Shown here in pieces: positions 47,237 to 57,501 of a DNA stretch of 64,000 nt (position 1 is the first letter of the stretch; each line of letters opens with the position of its first letter). The stretch is from Bacilli bacterium (GTDB lineage: Bacteria; Bacillota_I; Bacilli_A; RF39; UBA660). A program made the position numbers and the translations under genes. The stretch lies in contig JBJEEA010000004.1 of NCBI GenBank assembly GCA_051872635.1, forward strand, positions 12,739 to 76,738, given 5' to 3'. The notes beneath the pieces are model-generated. The model was not told where the DNA came from, ran no database searches, and saw only the letters and a program-made list of their open reading frames with translations.

Positions 47237-49847
47237 TTTTAACCTCCCTGTAATCTTTAAATAATTTAGTATATATTGGTTTTACTAATTCTCCTAATAC
47301 TAGCATAAGTAGGCATGAACATATTGTTATTATTATATATTTTAGTTCTATATTTGGTACTATAAAGAATTTTCTAATAGGAGTTACTAATACTAATATT
47401 TGAATTAATATTATTGAAAATACTCCTAGTGTTAATTTTTTATTTGAGAAGATATTTTTATTTAATACTGATTTCTTAATATTACGACATGAGAATGAGA
47501 ATAATAATTCATGAACAATTAAGAAGATAAATAATAGTGAACCTGCAGTATTTAGATCAAGAGTCTTTGCAAAAAATATATATAATCCTAACATTACTAC
47601 TGATTTTATAATGGCTCCTATTGCTATTTTAGCAGTTAGTAGTGGAGTAAAGAAACTTTCATTATATTTATTTGATAAATTATTTTCCATTTGATCTTCT
47701 GTTTTCTTTTCAAAGGCTAACATAATAGCAGGTATTGAATCAGTTACTAGATTTAACCATAATAATTGTAATGTTGTAAACATTTCCATATTTAAAATCA
47801 TAGATACGAATACTAATATTACTTCAACTATATTTCCTGCTAGTAAGTATAATATTATTTTCTTTATATTAGCAGTTATTCTTCTTCCTTCTTCGACACC
47901 ATCTACGATCGTTGAAAAACTATCATCTACAAGAATACAATCTGCTACTTTCTTTACTACTTCGGTTCCTGTTACTCCCATACCGATCCCAATATCGGCT
48001 TTTTGAATAGCAGGAGCATCATTGACACCATCTCCAGTCATTGCTACGACATAACTATTACTTTGAAGGGCTTCAACAATTCTTAATTTCGTACTTGGTG
48101 ATATTCTAGCATAAACATTATACTCTTTGACTGCTTCTTTTAATTCATCATCAGTCATTTTATCTACTACTTTACCTGTAGTAGCTTTATCTTCACTGTC
48201 TATAATACCAACACTTTTAGCAATGGCAGTGGCGGTACTTATGCTATCTCCAGTTATCATAACTATTTTTATACCAGAATTTTTACAAATATTTATGGCA
48301 TTTGGTACTGATGCTCTCGGTGGATCCATCATTCCTATTAATCCAATAAATATCATATTTTTTTCTGGATTGTCTAGATTTTCTGTTTTATATGCTAAAG
48401 CAAGTAATCGAAGTGATTTTTTGGACTCTTCTTCTTCTATTTTGAATATTTTTTCTTTATATTCTGATGTTATATTATATAATTTTCCATCTTCTAAATA
48501 ATAAGCACAATTAGATATTACTGAATCTAAACTACCTTTAGTAAATGAATACTCACTACCATTTATTTTATTTATAGTACTCATCATCTTTCGATCTGAG
48601 TCAAAAGGGTATTCTTTTATTCTTGGAATATTTGTTATAAGATTATTTGTTTCTTCAAGATATTTATATATAGCTACTTCTGTTTCATCTCCAAGATATT
48701 TGTCATTATTCTTGGTTACATTTTGACAAGCTGATAGACAATAGTTATGTATATTTATATTTGTAATATTATCTTTTTCACTATATAGTTTGTTATTTAC
48801 ATAGATGCTCTTTACTTGCATTTTATTTTCAGTTATTGTTCCTGTCTTATCAGAACAAATAATATCAGTTGAGCCTAATGTTTCAACAGAAGACATCTTT
48901 CTTATAATTACATTTCTTTTAGCCATTTCGGACATTCCTAGTGAAAGAATAATTGTTATAACAGATGACATTCCTTCAGGAATAGCTGCTACTGCAAGTG
49001 ATATTGAAAGCATTAAGATATCAAAGAAATCATTTTTCTTAATAAGTCCTACAATCATCATAACTATTATTATTCCGAGTATAATATATGTTAACACTTT
49101 ACTTATTTGATTTACTTTCTTCTGAAGAGGAGTTAGTTCATTTTTGTTATTCATAAGGCTAGCTCCTATTTTACCTAATTCAGTATTCATAGCGGTACTA
49201 CATACTAAAACTAAGGCATGTCCATTTGTTACATTGCAGCCAGCATAAACCATATTTTTTCTTTCATATAATTCTTTTTCTTCATTTATATCTTGAGCAT
49301 CTTTCTTAATACTTTTTGATTCTCCAGTTAGAGTTGATTCATTTACTTCAAGAGACTCTGATGTTATTATTCTACAGTCAGCTGATACATAATCTCCTGC
49401 TTCTAGTTCGATAATATCTCCAGGTACGACTTTTCTTACATCGATATTTTGTTTAATACCTTCTCTTATGACATTGTTATTAGTAATAAACATTTTATTT
49501 AACTCTTCAATAGCTTTATCAGCTTTCTTTTCTTCTATAAAACTTAGAGTGGCATTTATAACTACTATTACTAATATTATAATTGAGTCAACATATGATT
49601 CTTTTTGAATATATGATACTACAGCTGAGAATATGGAAGCAAATATTAATAGAATTATCATTAAATCATTGAACTGACTTATAAATATTATGAAATTTGA
49701 TTTTTTCTTTCTTTCTGTTAATTTATTTTCTCCATACTTTTCTAATCTAATATGAGCTTCTTCTTCAGTTAAACCATTGATACTTGTATTTAATTCTTTA
49801 TATAATTCTTCTAATTTTTTATTATAGTATTTATTTTCTTCTTTCAT
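47226..49847 (-). CDS. Cation-transporting P-type ATPase (P2A, Ca2+-type)
   Basis: LTGES, IPEG, CSDKTGT, MMDPPR and MTGDGVNDAPA. Confidence 0.96.
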   Translation of the reverse strand: MKEENKYYNKKLEELYKELNTSINGLTEEEAHIRLEKYGENKLTERKKKSNFIIFISQFNDLMIILLIFASIFSAVVSYIQKESYVDSIIILVIVVINATLSFIEEKKADKAIEELNKMFITNNNVIREGIKQNIDVRKVVPGDIIELEAGDYVSADCRIITSESLEVNESTLTGESKSIKKDAQDINEEKELYERKNMVYAGCNVTNGHALVLVCSTAMNTELGKIGASLMNNKNELTPLQKKVNQISKVLTYIILGIIIVMMIVGLIKKNDFFDILMLSISLAVAAIPEGMSSVITIILSLGMSEMAKRNVIIRKMSSVETLGSTDIICSDKTGTITENKMQVKSIYVNNKLYSEKDNITNINIHNYCLSACQNVTKNNDKYLGDETEVAIYKYLEETNNLITNIPRIKEYPFDSDRKMMSTINKINGSEYSFTKGSLDSVISNCAYYLEDGKLYNITSEYKEKIFKIEEEESKKSLRLLALAYKTENLDNPEKNMIFIGLIGMMDPPRASVPNAINICKNSGIKIVMITGDSISTATAIAKSVGIIDSEDKATTGKVVDKMTDDELKEAVKEYNVYARISPSTKLRIVEALQSNSYVVAMTGDGVNDAPAIQKADIGIGMGVTGTEVVKKVADCILVDDSFSTIVDGVEEGRRITANIKKIILYLLAGNIVEVILVFVSMILNMEMFTTLQLLWLNLVTDSIPAIMLAFEKKTEDQMENNLSNKYNESFFTPLLTAKIAIGAIIKSVVMLGLYIFFAKTLDLNTAGSLLFIFLIVHELLFSFSCRNIKKSVLNKNIFSNKKLTLGVFSIILIQILVLVTPIRKFFIVPNIELKYIIITICSCLLMLVLGELVKPIYTKLFKDYREVKNEK

Positions 49848-49861
49848 CTTCTTACTCCTTT

Positions 49862-50038
49862 TTATATAAAATATGAAACTATAAACATTATAATCATAAT
49901 GATAAATATTATAATTAGTAATATTTTACTTATATTAATTAAGATATTTTGATATGATTTTAGTATTCTGGTTCCACAATTACGACAATATTTGTCGGTA
50001 GTTCTTATTACTTTATGACAATTTAGGCATTCTTTCAT
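49862..50038 (-). CDS. 58-aa zinc-ribbon + TM micro-protein
   Basis: Manual: MKECLNCHKVIRTTDKYCRNCGTRILKSYQNILINISKILLIIIFIIMIIMFIVSYFI*; starts 2 nt after the upstream stop. Confidence 0.7.
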   Translation of the reverse strand: MKECLNCHKVIRTTDKYCRNCGTRILKSYQNILINISKILLIIIFIIMIIMFIVSYFI

Positions 50039-50040
50039 TA

Positions 50041-51177
50041 CTATAACCTTTCCTTTATTACTTTTATTATTTCTAGGGTACTTTTATTAGAATTTTCTTC
50101 ATGTAAATAATAGTCATGTATAGCTTCAGCAATTACTTCATCATAAATGATATTACCATTGCTACTCTTATGTCCGGCATATCCTGAGATGTTACTCGAG
50201 AATTCAAATATATTTAAATTAGTATTATATTTCTTGTTATAATTTTGCATTGACAGTTCTACTAATTGTTTAGAATATATTTCTTCATTTAAAATATTTA
50301 ATACTTTCTGGTATTCATTATAATTATCTTTGGTTACTAGTGTTATATCACTAATATTATTTGTTTTTAATAATGATACAAAGGTTATATAATGACCTAA
50401 TTCATGTGCTATTAATGATTCGTAGGAGGCTCCTATTGGATACCAGTTTTCTTTAGTTATATTATTTGTTCCTTTATTTAGAATATCTTTGTTTAAAAAA
50501 TAATAACTATTTAGTAATATTTGAGTTTTATTAACTTTGTTATAATCATCTATACTATTATTTGTGTTTACAAAGGTATATATTGGTTCGAAACAGGCTA
50601 TATAATCTTCGCCAACTTTAGCATTGGTTATTGTTATATTTGTTAAGTACCCTTTAATACTTGGAAACATACTATATACTTTGTCTATGACATTCTTTAT
50701 TTTAGTGGATGTTTCTTCATCTACATCACATAAGCTAACACTTGGAATGTTGTAGTTTTCGCTTATTTCTTTTTCTATTATTGAGATATTAATATTTCTT
50801 TTACATTGCCATGATTCTTTGGTTATATCCTTTTTTATTAACTCTAGTGCTTCTTTATTGGTATTTACTACTACACCTGTATACTGATTATCAGTATTGA
50901 TAAGGGATATTTTATAGCCATATTTTAAACTATATATTTGTTTTTTTATTTCTATGTATGGTCTAAATAAATCTTTACCGCTTATTAGTGTCATAATGGT
51001 AAAAACTACTATTAATAGGGCTACTAATGTAAATATAGATCCTAAATTGCTTTCTCTATATTTTATTTCATTTGGTTTATTTTTTAAACTTAGATATCCA
51101 TGAGGAGTTAATTCTCCACACTTTGGGCAAAAATTATCATCATTTTCTAACTCTTCATCACATTTTGTGCAATTCAT
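50041..51177 (-). CDS. Zinc-ribbon, TM-anchored putative zincin metallopeptidase
   Basis: CTKC...FCPKCG, one TM helix, IAHELGHY and a downstream EVIAEA. Confidence 0.72.
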   Translation of the reverse strand: MNCTKCDEELENDDNFCPKCGELTPHGYLSLKNKPNEIKYRESNLGSIFTLVALLIVVFTIMTLISGKDLFRPYIEIKKQIYSLKYGYKISLINTDNQYTGVVVNTNKEALELIKKDITKESWQCKRNINISIIEKEISENYNIPSVSLCDVDEETSTKIKNVIDKVYSMFPSIKGYLTNITITNAKVGEDYIACFEPIYTFVNTNNSIDDYNKVNKTQILLNSYYFLNKDILNKGTNNITKENWYPIGASYESLIAHELGHYITFVSLLKTNNISDITLVTKDNYNEYQKVLNILNEEIYSKQLVELSMQNYNKKYNTNLNIFEFSSNISGYAGHKSSNGNIIYDEVIAEAIHDYYLHEENSNKSTLEIIKVIKERL

Positions 51178-51283
51178 AATAATCTCCTCACTACTTTATA
51201 TAATTATATCACATTTTGTCGTATTTGTTTGTAAAAAAATAATATTTTTGCTTTTAATGGGAAAATTATATTGGGTGTTAGAT

Positions 51284-51727
51284 ATGAACTTTCAAAGATT
51301 GGTAGAAACAAGGGAAGATTTTAACCTTAAGCAAAAAGACATTGCTAATATTTTGAATATTACTCAGCAATCTTATTCTTTATGGGAAAATGGTACTAAG
51401 ATTATTCCTTTAAAGCATCTTAACTCTTTATGTAATTATTATAATGTTAGTATGGATTATATGTTAGGACTATCTAATACTAGGCATTATGATGTTATTA
51501 ATATTGATATTGATAAATCTCTTATTGGTAAACGATTAAGAGAGTTTAGAATAGAAAATAATATAACACAAACGGAACTTGCTAAATTACTTAATACTAC
51601 TCATTCGACAATTAGTGCTTACGAAAGTGGAAAAACTACTATTCTTACTGCATTTGCTTATGAAATATGTAACAAATATAATATTTCTATGGATTATTTA
51701 TGTGGAAGAACAAACGCTAAAAACTAG
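51284..51727 (+). CDS. Tandem XRE (HTH_3 x2) transcriptional regulator
   Basis: Two repeats: LKQKDIANIL..TQQSYSLWENG and ITQTELAKLL..THSTISAYESG; start at ATG 51284. Confidence 0.9.
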   Translation: MNFQRLVETREDFNLKQKDIANILNITQQSYSLWENGTKIIPLKHLNSLCNYYNVSMDYMLGLSNTRHYDVINIDIDKSLIGKRLREFRIENNITQTELAKLLNTTHSTISAYESGKTTILTAFAYEICNKYNISMDYLCGRTNAKN

Positions 51728-51828
51728 AATATTTATGTATTCTAGTATGCATAACTTTTCTATTTAGAAATATAATAATAGTACAATAATACCTTGACTT
51801 TTATTGATAGTTATTGTATTATTGTATT

Positions 51829-51940
51829 ACCGGAGAGAAATCTTGTCAGGTCGATAGCTCAATGTTGATTTTTTTAAATTAAGTGTACTTTTGAGTACAC
51901 CACTTGAGTTGGGAGGAGACTTATGTCTCCTTTCTTTTTT
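51829..51940 (+). ncRNA. Candidate structured ncRNA convergent with the DUF3800 gene
   Basis: TTGACT-N17-TATTAT promoter (51794-51822); multi-helix fold; AGGAGAC-TTAT-GTCTCCT + T-run terminator; no ORF. Confidence 0.65.
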
Positions 51941-52679
51941 ATGGAAAAAATATTTTATAATCTATAAAATCTAAGTTATTACTTATATTATTTTTATTTT
52001 CGATATTATCTTTTACCTTTCTTCTTGTTGTACCTGCAATTAAGTCGGCAGCTTGTACTAGATAACTTTTTCCCGAATCTTGGTATGACAATACTATTTC
52101 TAATTTACCATATAAAACTTTATTATAAAAAGTATCATAATTAAAATTTGATATGCCATGTAATAATTCTTCAATTAAACCATCTTTCAAATTATAATAA
52201 CCGTTACTCTTAGTAGATTGTTCATCTATATTTATTATTAATCTTACATTTTTATGTGGGTCTATTTTTTTGTTTTTTATTAACTCTTGTACTACACTTT
52301 TTATCAATCTTCTTATTGTATAGTCTATGTATCTTCCTTTAGAAGCTTTATTATTTATTATATAATCATATACTTTATTATTATCTATAATTAGTGCTAT
52401 ACTAAAGTATGATTTTATATAATTCATTATTCGTCTTTTATGTTTTGGTTTAATATTGGTATTTTTTATTTCTGTGCATTTTTTGTTACATTTTTCTACT
52501 TTGCAGTAATGACACTTTATTTCATTTATTATTTTACGATATTGAGTTATAAACTTATCTTTTTCTTCTTTTGATAAAAATACTAGACCAGCATATACTG
52601 CCACTTTTTCTTTCCTTGTCAATTTTCCTGAATCGTCTAGATTTATATATATTTCTTGGTACTCTTCTTTTTTATTCAT
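51939..52679 (-). CDS. DUF3800 domain protein
   Basis: IYINLDDSGK (N-terminal acidic motif), INIDEQ, and QDSGKSYLVQAADLIAG (Q-x-AD motif). Confidence 0.8.
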   Translation of the reverse strand: MNKKEEYQEIYINLDDSGKLTRKEKVAVYAGLVFLSKEEKDKFITQYRKIINEIKCHYCKVEKCNKKCTEIKNTNIKPKHKRRIMNYIKSYFSIALIIDNNKVYDYIINNKASKGRYIDYTIRRLIKSVVQELIKNKKIDPHKNVRLIINIDEQSTKSNGYYNLKDGLIEELLHGISNFNYDTFYNKVLYGKLEIVLSYQDSGKSYLVQAADLIAGTTRRKVKDNIENKNNISNNLDFIDYKIFFP

Positions 52680-52771
52680 GTAATGACTCCCTTCAAGTAT
52701 TTAATGCTTATTATAACACTTGCATTTATAGTTGTCATTATTTTTTATTTATTAAATTAACAATTTTTGTG

Positions 52772-52869
52772 GATAAAAGAAAAAACTATAGATATTATCT
52801 ATAGCTTATACTTTAATTTTAAAGACTAAAGGCTTTAAAATTCTTTTTGAAGACCTTAGACTTCAAAAA
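52772..52869 (+). repeat. ~82-bp repeat, copy B, plus a further AC-CTTA hairpin
   Basis: See 46305-46386; continues TTTTTGAAG-ACCTTAGA-CTTCAAAAA. Confidence 0.9.
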
Positions 52870-52900
52870 CCCAGAGAAACCGAAGGGTTCGAAGGGAATA

Positions 52901-53473
52901 CTAATTTATACTAAAATATTTAGCTAAGTCTTTAAATACTCTTTTATGATAGAATATTAAGAGTATTATTAAGCTTAGTAATCCTACTCCTCCTAATACT
53001 ATAATAGGCCAGTTTAATTTTACTACTTTAGTTAAAGCTAATATGCAGAATATTATAGCCCCAATAGCAGTAAAAAATAATGGTATAAATTTTTTTCTTT
53101 GTAATTTAAATTCTGATAAGAATAATACTAACTGAAATATTATTATACTAAAGAGAATTATGTTTATAATAAAATATGAAAAACTAGTTTTTTCTATTAT
53201 ATCTATCATGTATAGATAAGCACATATTATCATTACTACAATAGTTATTCTTCTTATTAGGGTATTATCTATTAATGGTTTATTTAAGAAAGCAAAATAG
53301 AATATTATTTCTCCTCCAATAACATAGAACATCCATTTTTTACCTCCGACTGATAGATTTACTATTGTACAAGTAATAATTGATATTAGAAATATTATTA
53401 ACATTATTCTTCTAAAGATAAGGAATTTATTTACTTCTTTTTTTATTTTAGGATAATTATTTTTTATTGTCAT
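52901..53473 (-). CDS. Membrane protein (DUF6320-like) paired with the acetyltransferase
   Basis: About 6 TM helices; ends KYFSIN; this gene pairing is familiar in Firmicutes. Confidence 0.6.
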   Translation of the reverse strand: MTIKNNYPKIKKEVNKFLIFRRIMLIIFLISIITCTIVNLSVGGKKWMFYVIGGEIIFYFAFLNKPLIDNTLIRRITIVVMIICAYLYMIDIIEKTSFSYFIINIILFSIIIFQLVLFLSEFKLQRKKFIPLFFTAIGAIIFCILALTKVVKLNWPIIVLGGVGLLSLIILLIFYHKRVFKDLAKYFSIN

Positions 53474-54941
53474 AGTTCTCACTTCCATATACTTTTACTT
53501 TTATATTATTTTGTACTAATAGATTATATAGATTATTTTCTACTGATGTATTTAAAGTATATTTACTTATTGATAATGTTAATATATTATTACATGTTAT
53601 AACAGAAAATAGTAATTTATTTGTAATAGTGGTTCCTAAAACAAAGTCCATCTTTTCTACTTCTTTTTGCATATTATTTGGAAGATTTATATTACCAAGA
53701 TTAGATAATACTGTAGTAAATGATTTATCTCCAGCATATCCATAGATTATTTTTGCTACTGGTTTCTTTATGAATAGTGGAATAAATCTTAGATACTTTA
53801 TTAATTTATTTGTATATTCTAATATTCCATTTAAATTATCGATATTATTCTTTTCATGTAACTGTCTTTTTACTTCGATTAATACATTATCTAAATCCGT
53901 TATTTCTTCTCTTGGTATATTTATTGTTACATATAATGAGAAGTTTCTTAATGTTTTAGATGGATAGTACTTTCGCATATTTACTGGTACTTGAATTTTA
54001 ATTGGCCCTTCTTTAGAAGTTGAATATGATATAGATATAAATAATAGACTTAATATTATTTCTGTAATAGTGGCATTTTTATTTTTAGATAATTCTTTTA
54101 TATCTTTTAAATCAATATCGAAATGTAATATTTGACATGGTCTTACATTAGATCTTTTTCCATCTATTTGAACTGCCTTACCTTCAATAAGACTCTGCGA
54201 TTTTACATTTGGTGTTTTATCTTTAAATTCATCTTTTGATTCTGCTTCTTTTGGTTTTTCATTTATATCTAAAACAGTATCGTTAGTACTTATTTCTTTT
54301 CCTAATAGTTTTAGATAAGTAGCCACTAGTGTAGAAAGAAAGATAGTAGCACTTGTTCCGTCCGCTAGAATATGGAAGTATTCAATACTTATTCTATTTT
54401 TATAATATACTGCTTTAAATGACTGTTTACCTATATTAGATACATTTATATATGAACATGGTAGTTTTTTATCTTCATAGATATGGAATCTTTTCTTGAT
54501 ACCATCAATATAATGCCAAAAGAATCCTTTTCTTACTGATGTCCTAAAGGTAGGAAATCTTTTCATAGTAAAAAGAAGAGCTATTTGAAATATTTCTGGT
54601 ACTATATCTTCTTTTAGATAACATGATACTCTATATACACTCATCCAATTTTCTCTCATTGATAATGGATATATTTTAGCAGCATTATCGAGTGGATACC
54701 AATTTTCTGGTTCTTTTTGATAGATATCTCCTAGATTATCTATAGATAGTATCTTTAATGTTTCTTTAAGATTTTTTCCTTGTTTTAGGTAATAGTTTAT
54801 TGCTTTTTCAAAATCTTCATTTAGTTTAATAGTCTCTTTTTTTGTTAAAGATATATTATTATTTAGATTATTAAAATATTCTTTTATTATTTCTACTTCT
54901 TTTATATTAAACTTTTTATAAAATGGATTTTTCTTTTTCAA
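53457..54941 (-). CDS. Alcohol acetyltransferase / condensation-domain-like acyltransferase
   Basis: WYPLDNAAKIYP, RFPTFRTSVRKGFFWHY, FHILADG (HxxxDG), PVNMRKYYPSKTLRNF and VLSNLG. Confidence 0.8.
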   Translation of the reverse strand: MKKKNPFYKKFNIKEVEIIKEYFNNLNNNISLTKKETIKLNEDFEKAINYYLKQGKNLKETLKILSIDNLGDIYQKEPENWYPLDNAAKIYPLSMRENWMSVYRVSCYLKEDIVPEIFQIALLFTMKRFPTFRTSVRKGFFWHYIDGIKKRFHIYEDKKLPCSYINVSNIGKQSFKAVYYKNRISIEYFHILADGTSATIFLSTLVATYLKLLGKEISTNDTVLDINEKPKEAESKDEFKDKTPNVKSQSLIEGKAVQIDGKRSNVRPCQILHFDIDLKDIKELSKNKNATITEIILSLLFISISYSTSKEGPIKIQVPVNMRKYYPSKTLRNFSLYVTINIPREEITDLDNVLIEVKRQLHEKNNIDNLNGILEYTNKLIKYLRFIPLFIKKPVAKIIYGYAGDKSFTTVLSNLGNINLPNNMQKEVEKMDFVLGTTITNKLLFSVITCNNILTLSISKYTLNTSVENNLYNLLVQNNIKVKVYGSENYDNKK

Positions 54942-55075
54942 TATACCACTTCCGTATTTATTTTACCAACTTTCTGACGAAAAGTCACTAGTTTCAAATT
55001 AAAAAATATTGCAAAAGAAAAAGTGTTTGCTTATTGTATATCATTATTTTTGTTTATTCAAGTAGTTTGAATATA

Positions 55076-55126
55076 TTTTTTAAAGACTTTAGCTTAAAAA
55101 CCTCTTAAGACTATAGGCTTAAGAGG
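55076..55126 (+). repeat. AC-YNNA-GG hairpin cluster
   Basis: CCTCTTAAG-ACTATAGG-CTTAAGAGG (55101-55126), preceded by a degenerate copy. Confidence 0.85.
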
Positions 55127-55136
55127 AATACTTAAA

Positions 55137-55511
55137 TTAATTATATTTAATTTCTGTGATATATGGTTTAGCTGCGATTAGTCCCATTTTAGGGATGATA
55201 TGGATTTCAGCGCTTTTTTGATTTTCATTTAAGATTATATTTTGTACTACATCTTTTTCAGTAGATTTAAATATAATTTCATGTGTTCCAAATGGTAAGT
55301 TACAAGACAGACTACTATTATTTTTAAGAGTGCCAAGCTTGCTATCATCAACATATACTTCAAAAGAAATAGCAAAGCCCATTGTTTTCTTTTCTCTAAT
55401 AACTGTTAATTTTCCAACACTATTTTCATCGGATAGTTTAGTTGGAGATCCACAATAAGGACAAAATTTTGAGCCAAGATCAATTTTATAACCACAATTT
55501 AAACATATCAT
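55137..55511 (-). CDS. Zinc-ribbon domain protein
   Basis: CLNCG...FCPYCG N-terminus followed by a beta-rich domain. Confidence 0.75.
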   Translation of the reverse strand: MICLNCGYKIDLGSKFCPYCGSPTKLSDENSVGKLTVIREKKTMGFAISFEVYVDDSKLGTLKNNSSLSCNLPFGTHEIIFKSTEKDVVQNIILNENQKSAEIHIIPKMGLIAAKPYITEIKYN

Positions 55512-55621
55512 AATTAATCACTTCCTCTACTTATAGAGTATCATATTTTTATATTTTTAGCAATTTACTTATATACAATTTTTAATTTATGCTGTATAAT
55601 TAAAATAGGTGAAGAATAGAT

Positions 55622-57394
55622 ATGGGGAATAATGTATTAGGAAAAATTATTGCTATTAATGATAGTATTGTGTCTGTTAGATTAGATGTTAATATATATG
55701 ATTTTGATGGTTTGATTGGTAAGAATGTTGTTTTTAGAGATGTAGATTTTTCTAATATTGGTGAAGTTATAGCCATTGGAAATGGTATTATGCAAGTATC
55801 ACTAGTTGGAGAAGTACGTGGTAATAAGTTTTTATTTGGAGATATTACTAAACCTTCTTTTAAAGCATTATGTTATTTAATTGATGACAATACTTTAAAT
55901 ATTATTCTTAATAGTGATGCTCCTAATACAATTACACTTGGTAAATCCTATATTTATCCTAATTATGATATTAAATTAGACGTCGGTAATTTTTTCTCGA
56001 ATCATTTTGCTATTTTAGGTAACTCTGGTAGTGGTAAATCTTATTCAGTAGCTAAGATATTGCAAAGTGTCTTCTACCAATGTAAGAGTCTTCCCTTTTA
56101 TTCTAATATCTTTTTATTTGATGCATATGGTGAATATCAGAGGGCTTTCTCAAGAATTCACGAAGTAAATGAAAATATTAACTACAAAGTATATACAACG
56201 GACTTAAATAGTACAGAATTTGAAATTTTAAGTTATCCTTTTTGGCTTCTAGGAGTAGATGATTTATGTTTACTTATGGGTGTTACTTCTAAAGAACAAA
56301 TTCCAATAGTTGAAAAGGCTCTTAAGTTAGTTAGTTACTTTTCAAGAAAAGAAGATGAAGTTATTAATCAAAAAAACGATATTATTGCTAGGTGTTTACT
56401 TGATGTTTTATTTTCGGGTAAGAGTCCTAGTATGATTAGAAATAAGATTGTATCTATTTTGACTAAGTTTAATACCTCTAATCTTAATTTGGAAATAAAA
56501 CTTGAAAAAGGTGGATGGACAAGAACGATTAGACAGTGTTTATTCGTCGAACAAGGTGGAGAATTTGCAGATGTAGAACTAGTTATTGAATACCTAGAGA
56601 GTTTATGTCTTGATAATTTTGAACTATCACTTCCTAATGGTGAATATATGTATTCAATGAAAGATTTTTCCGTAGCCCTAGAATTTGCTTTGATATCAGA
56701 AGGAGCATTAAATAGTGATACTACTTTTGAACTAGCTAATACTCTTAAAGTTAGATTTAATAATCTTATGAATAGTGATTATGCTAGATATTTTGATTAT
56801 AATGGTTATGTTAATAGAGAAGGATATATTAATTTACTTCTTACTTGTAATAATGGTAGAAAAGCGCAAATTGTAAACTTTAATATTAATTATGTCGACG
56901 ATAGATTTGCTAAAAATCTTGTTAAAATATATTCAAAATTATTATTTGATTATATTGTATCTTTAAATCAAAGAGCTTCAATGCCATTTCATATTGTACT
57001 TGAAGAAGCACATAGATATGTTCAAAATGATAGTGATGTAGAAATATTAGGATATAATATATTTGAAAGAATTACTAAAGAGGGTAGAAAATATGGATTA
57101 CTTCTCGGTATAGTATCGCAAAGACCATCAGAACTATCTGAAACTACGATATCTCAATGTAGTAATTTCTTAGTATTTAAAATGTTTCATCCAAAAGATT
57201 TACAGTTTATTAAAGATATTATATCTAGTGCCGATATTACAGTGACAAATAAAATTAAGACACTACATCCTGGTACTTGTATTATGTTTGGTACAGCTTT
57301 TAAAATGCCAACGATTGCAATACTAGATAAACCTAATCCTGAACCTCTTAGTCAGAGTTGTGATATTAATAAAACTTGGTATATACATAGTTAA
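55622..57394 (+). CDS. HerA/FtsK-like (DUF87) ATPase
   Basis: N-terminal barrel; HFAILGNSGSGKS; FDAYGEY; VLEEAHRY; ITKEGRKYG...SQRPSEL. Confidence 0.9.
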   Translation: MGNNVLGKIIAINDSIVSVRLDVNIYDFDGLIGKNVVFRDVDFSNIGEVIAIGNGIMQVSLVGEVRGNKFLFGDITKPSFKALCYLIDDNTLNIILNSDAPNTITLGKSYIYPNYDIKLDVGNFFSNHFAILGNSGSGKSYSVAKILQSVFYQCKSLPFYSNIFLFDAYGEYQRAFSRIHEVNENINYKVYTTDLNSTEFEILSYPFWLLGVDDLCLLMGVTSKEQIPIVEKALKLVSYFSRKEDEVINQKNDIIARCLLDVLFSGKSPSMIRNKIVSILTKFNTSNLNLEIKLEKGGWTRTIRQCLFVEQGGEFADVELVIEYLESLCLDNFELSLPNGEYMYSMKDFSVALEFALISEGALNSDTTFELANTLKVRFNNLMNSDYARYFDYNGYVNREGYINLLLTCNNGRKAQIVNFNINYVDDRFAKNLVKIYSKLLFDYIVSLNQRASMPFHIVLEEAHRYVQNDSDVEILGYNIFERITKEGRKYGLLLGIVSQRPSELSETTISQCSNFLVFKMFHPKDLQFIKDIISSADITVTNKIKTLHPGTCIMFGTAFKMPTIAILDKPNPEPLSQSCDINKTWYIHS

Positions 57395-57448
57395 TTGATA
57401 TATATAATAAAAAGATAATTCTTTATTTGGAATTATCTTTATTTTATT

Positions 57449-57501
57449 CTTCTTAAGCCTATGGTCTTAAGAAGTAAATTAGAGCCTAAGGTCTCTAATT
57501 T
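57449..57501 (-). repeat. Two AC-YNNA-GG hairpins in inverted orientation
   Basis: Minus strand: AAATTAGAG-ACCTTAGG-CTCTAATTT and CTTCTTAAG-ACCATAGG-CTTAAGAAG. Confidence 0.85.
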
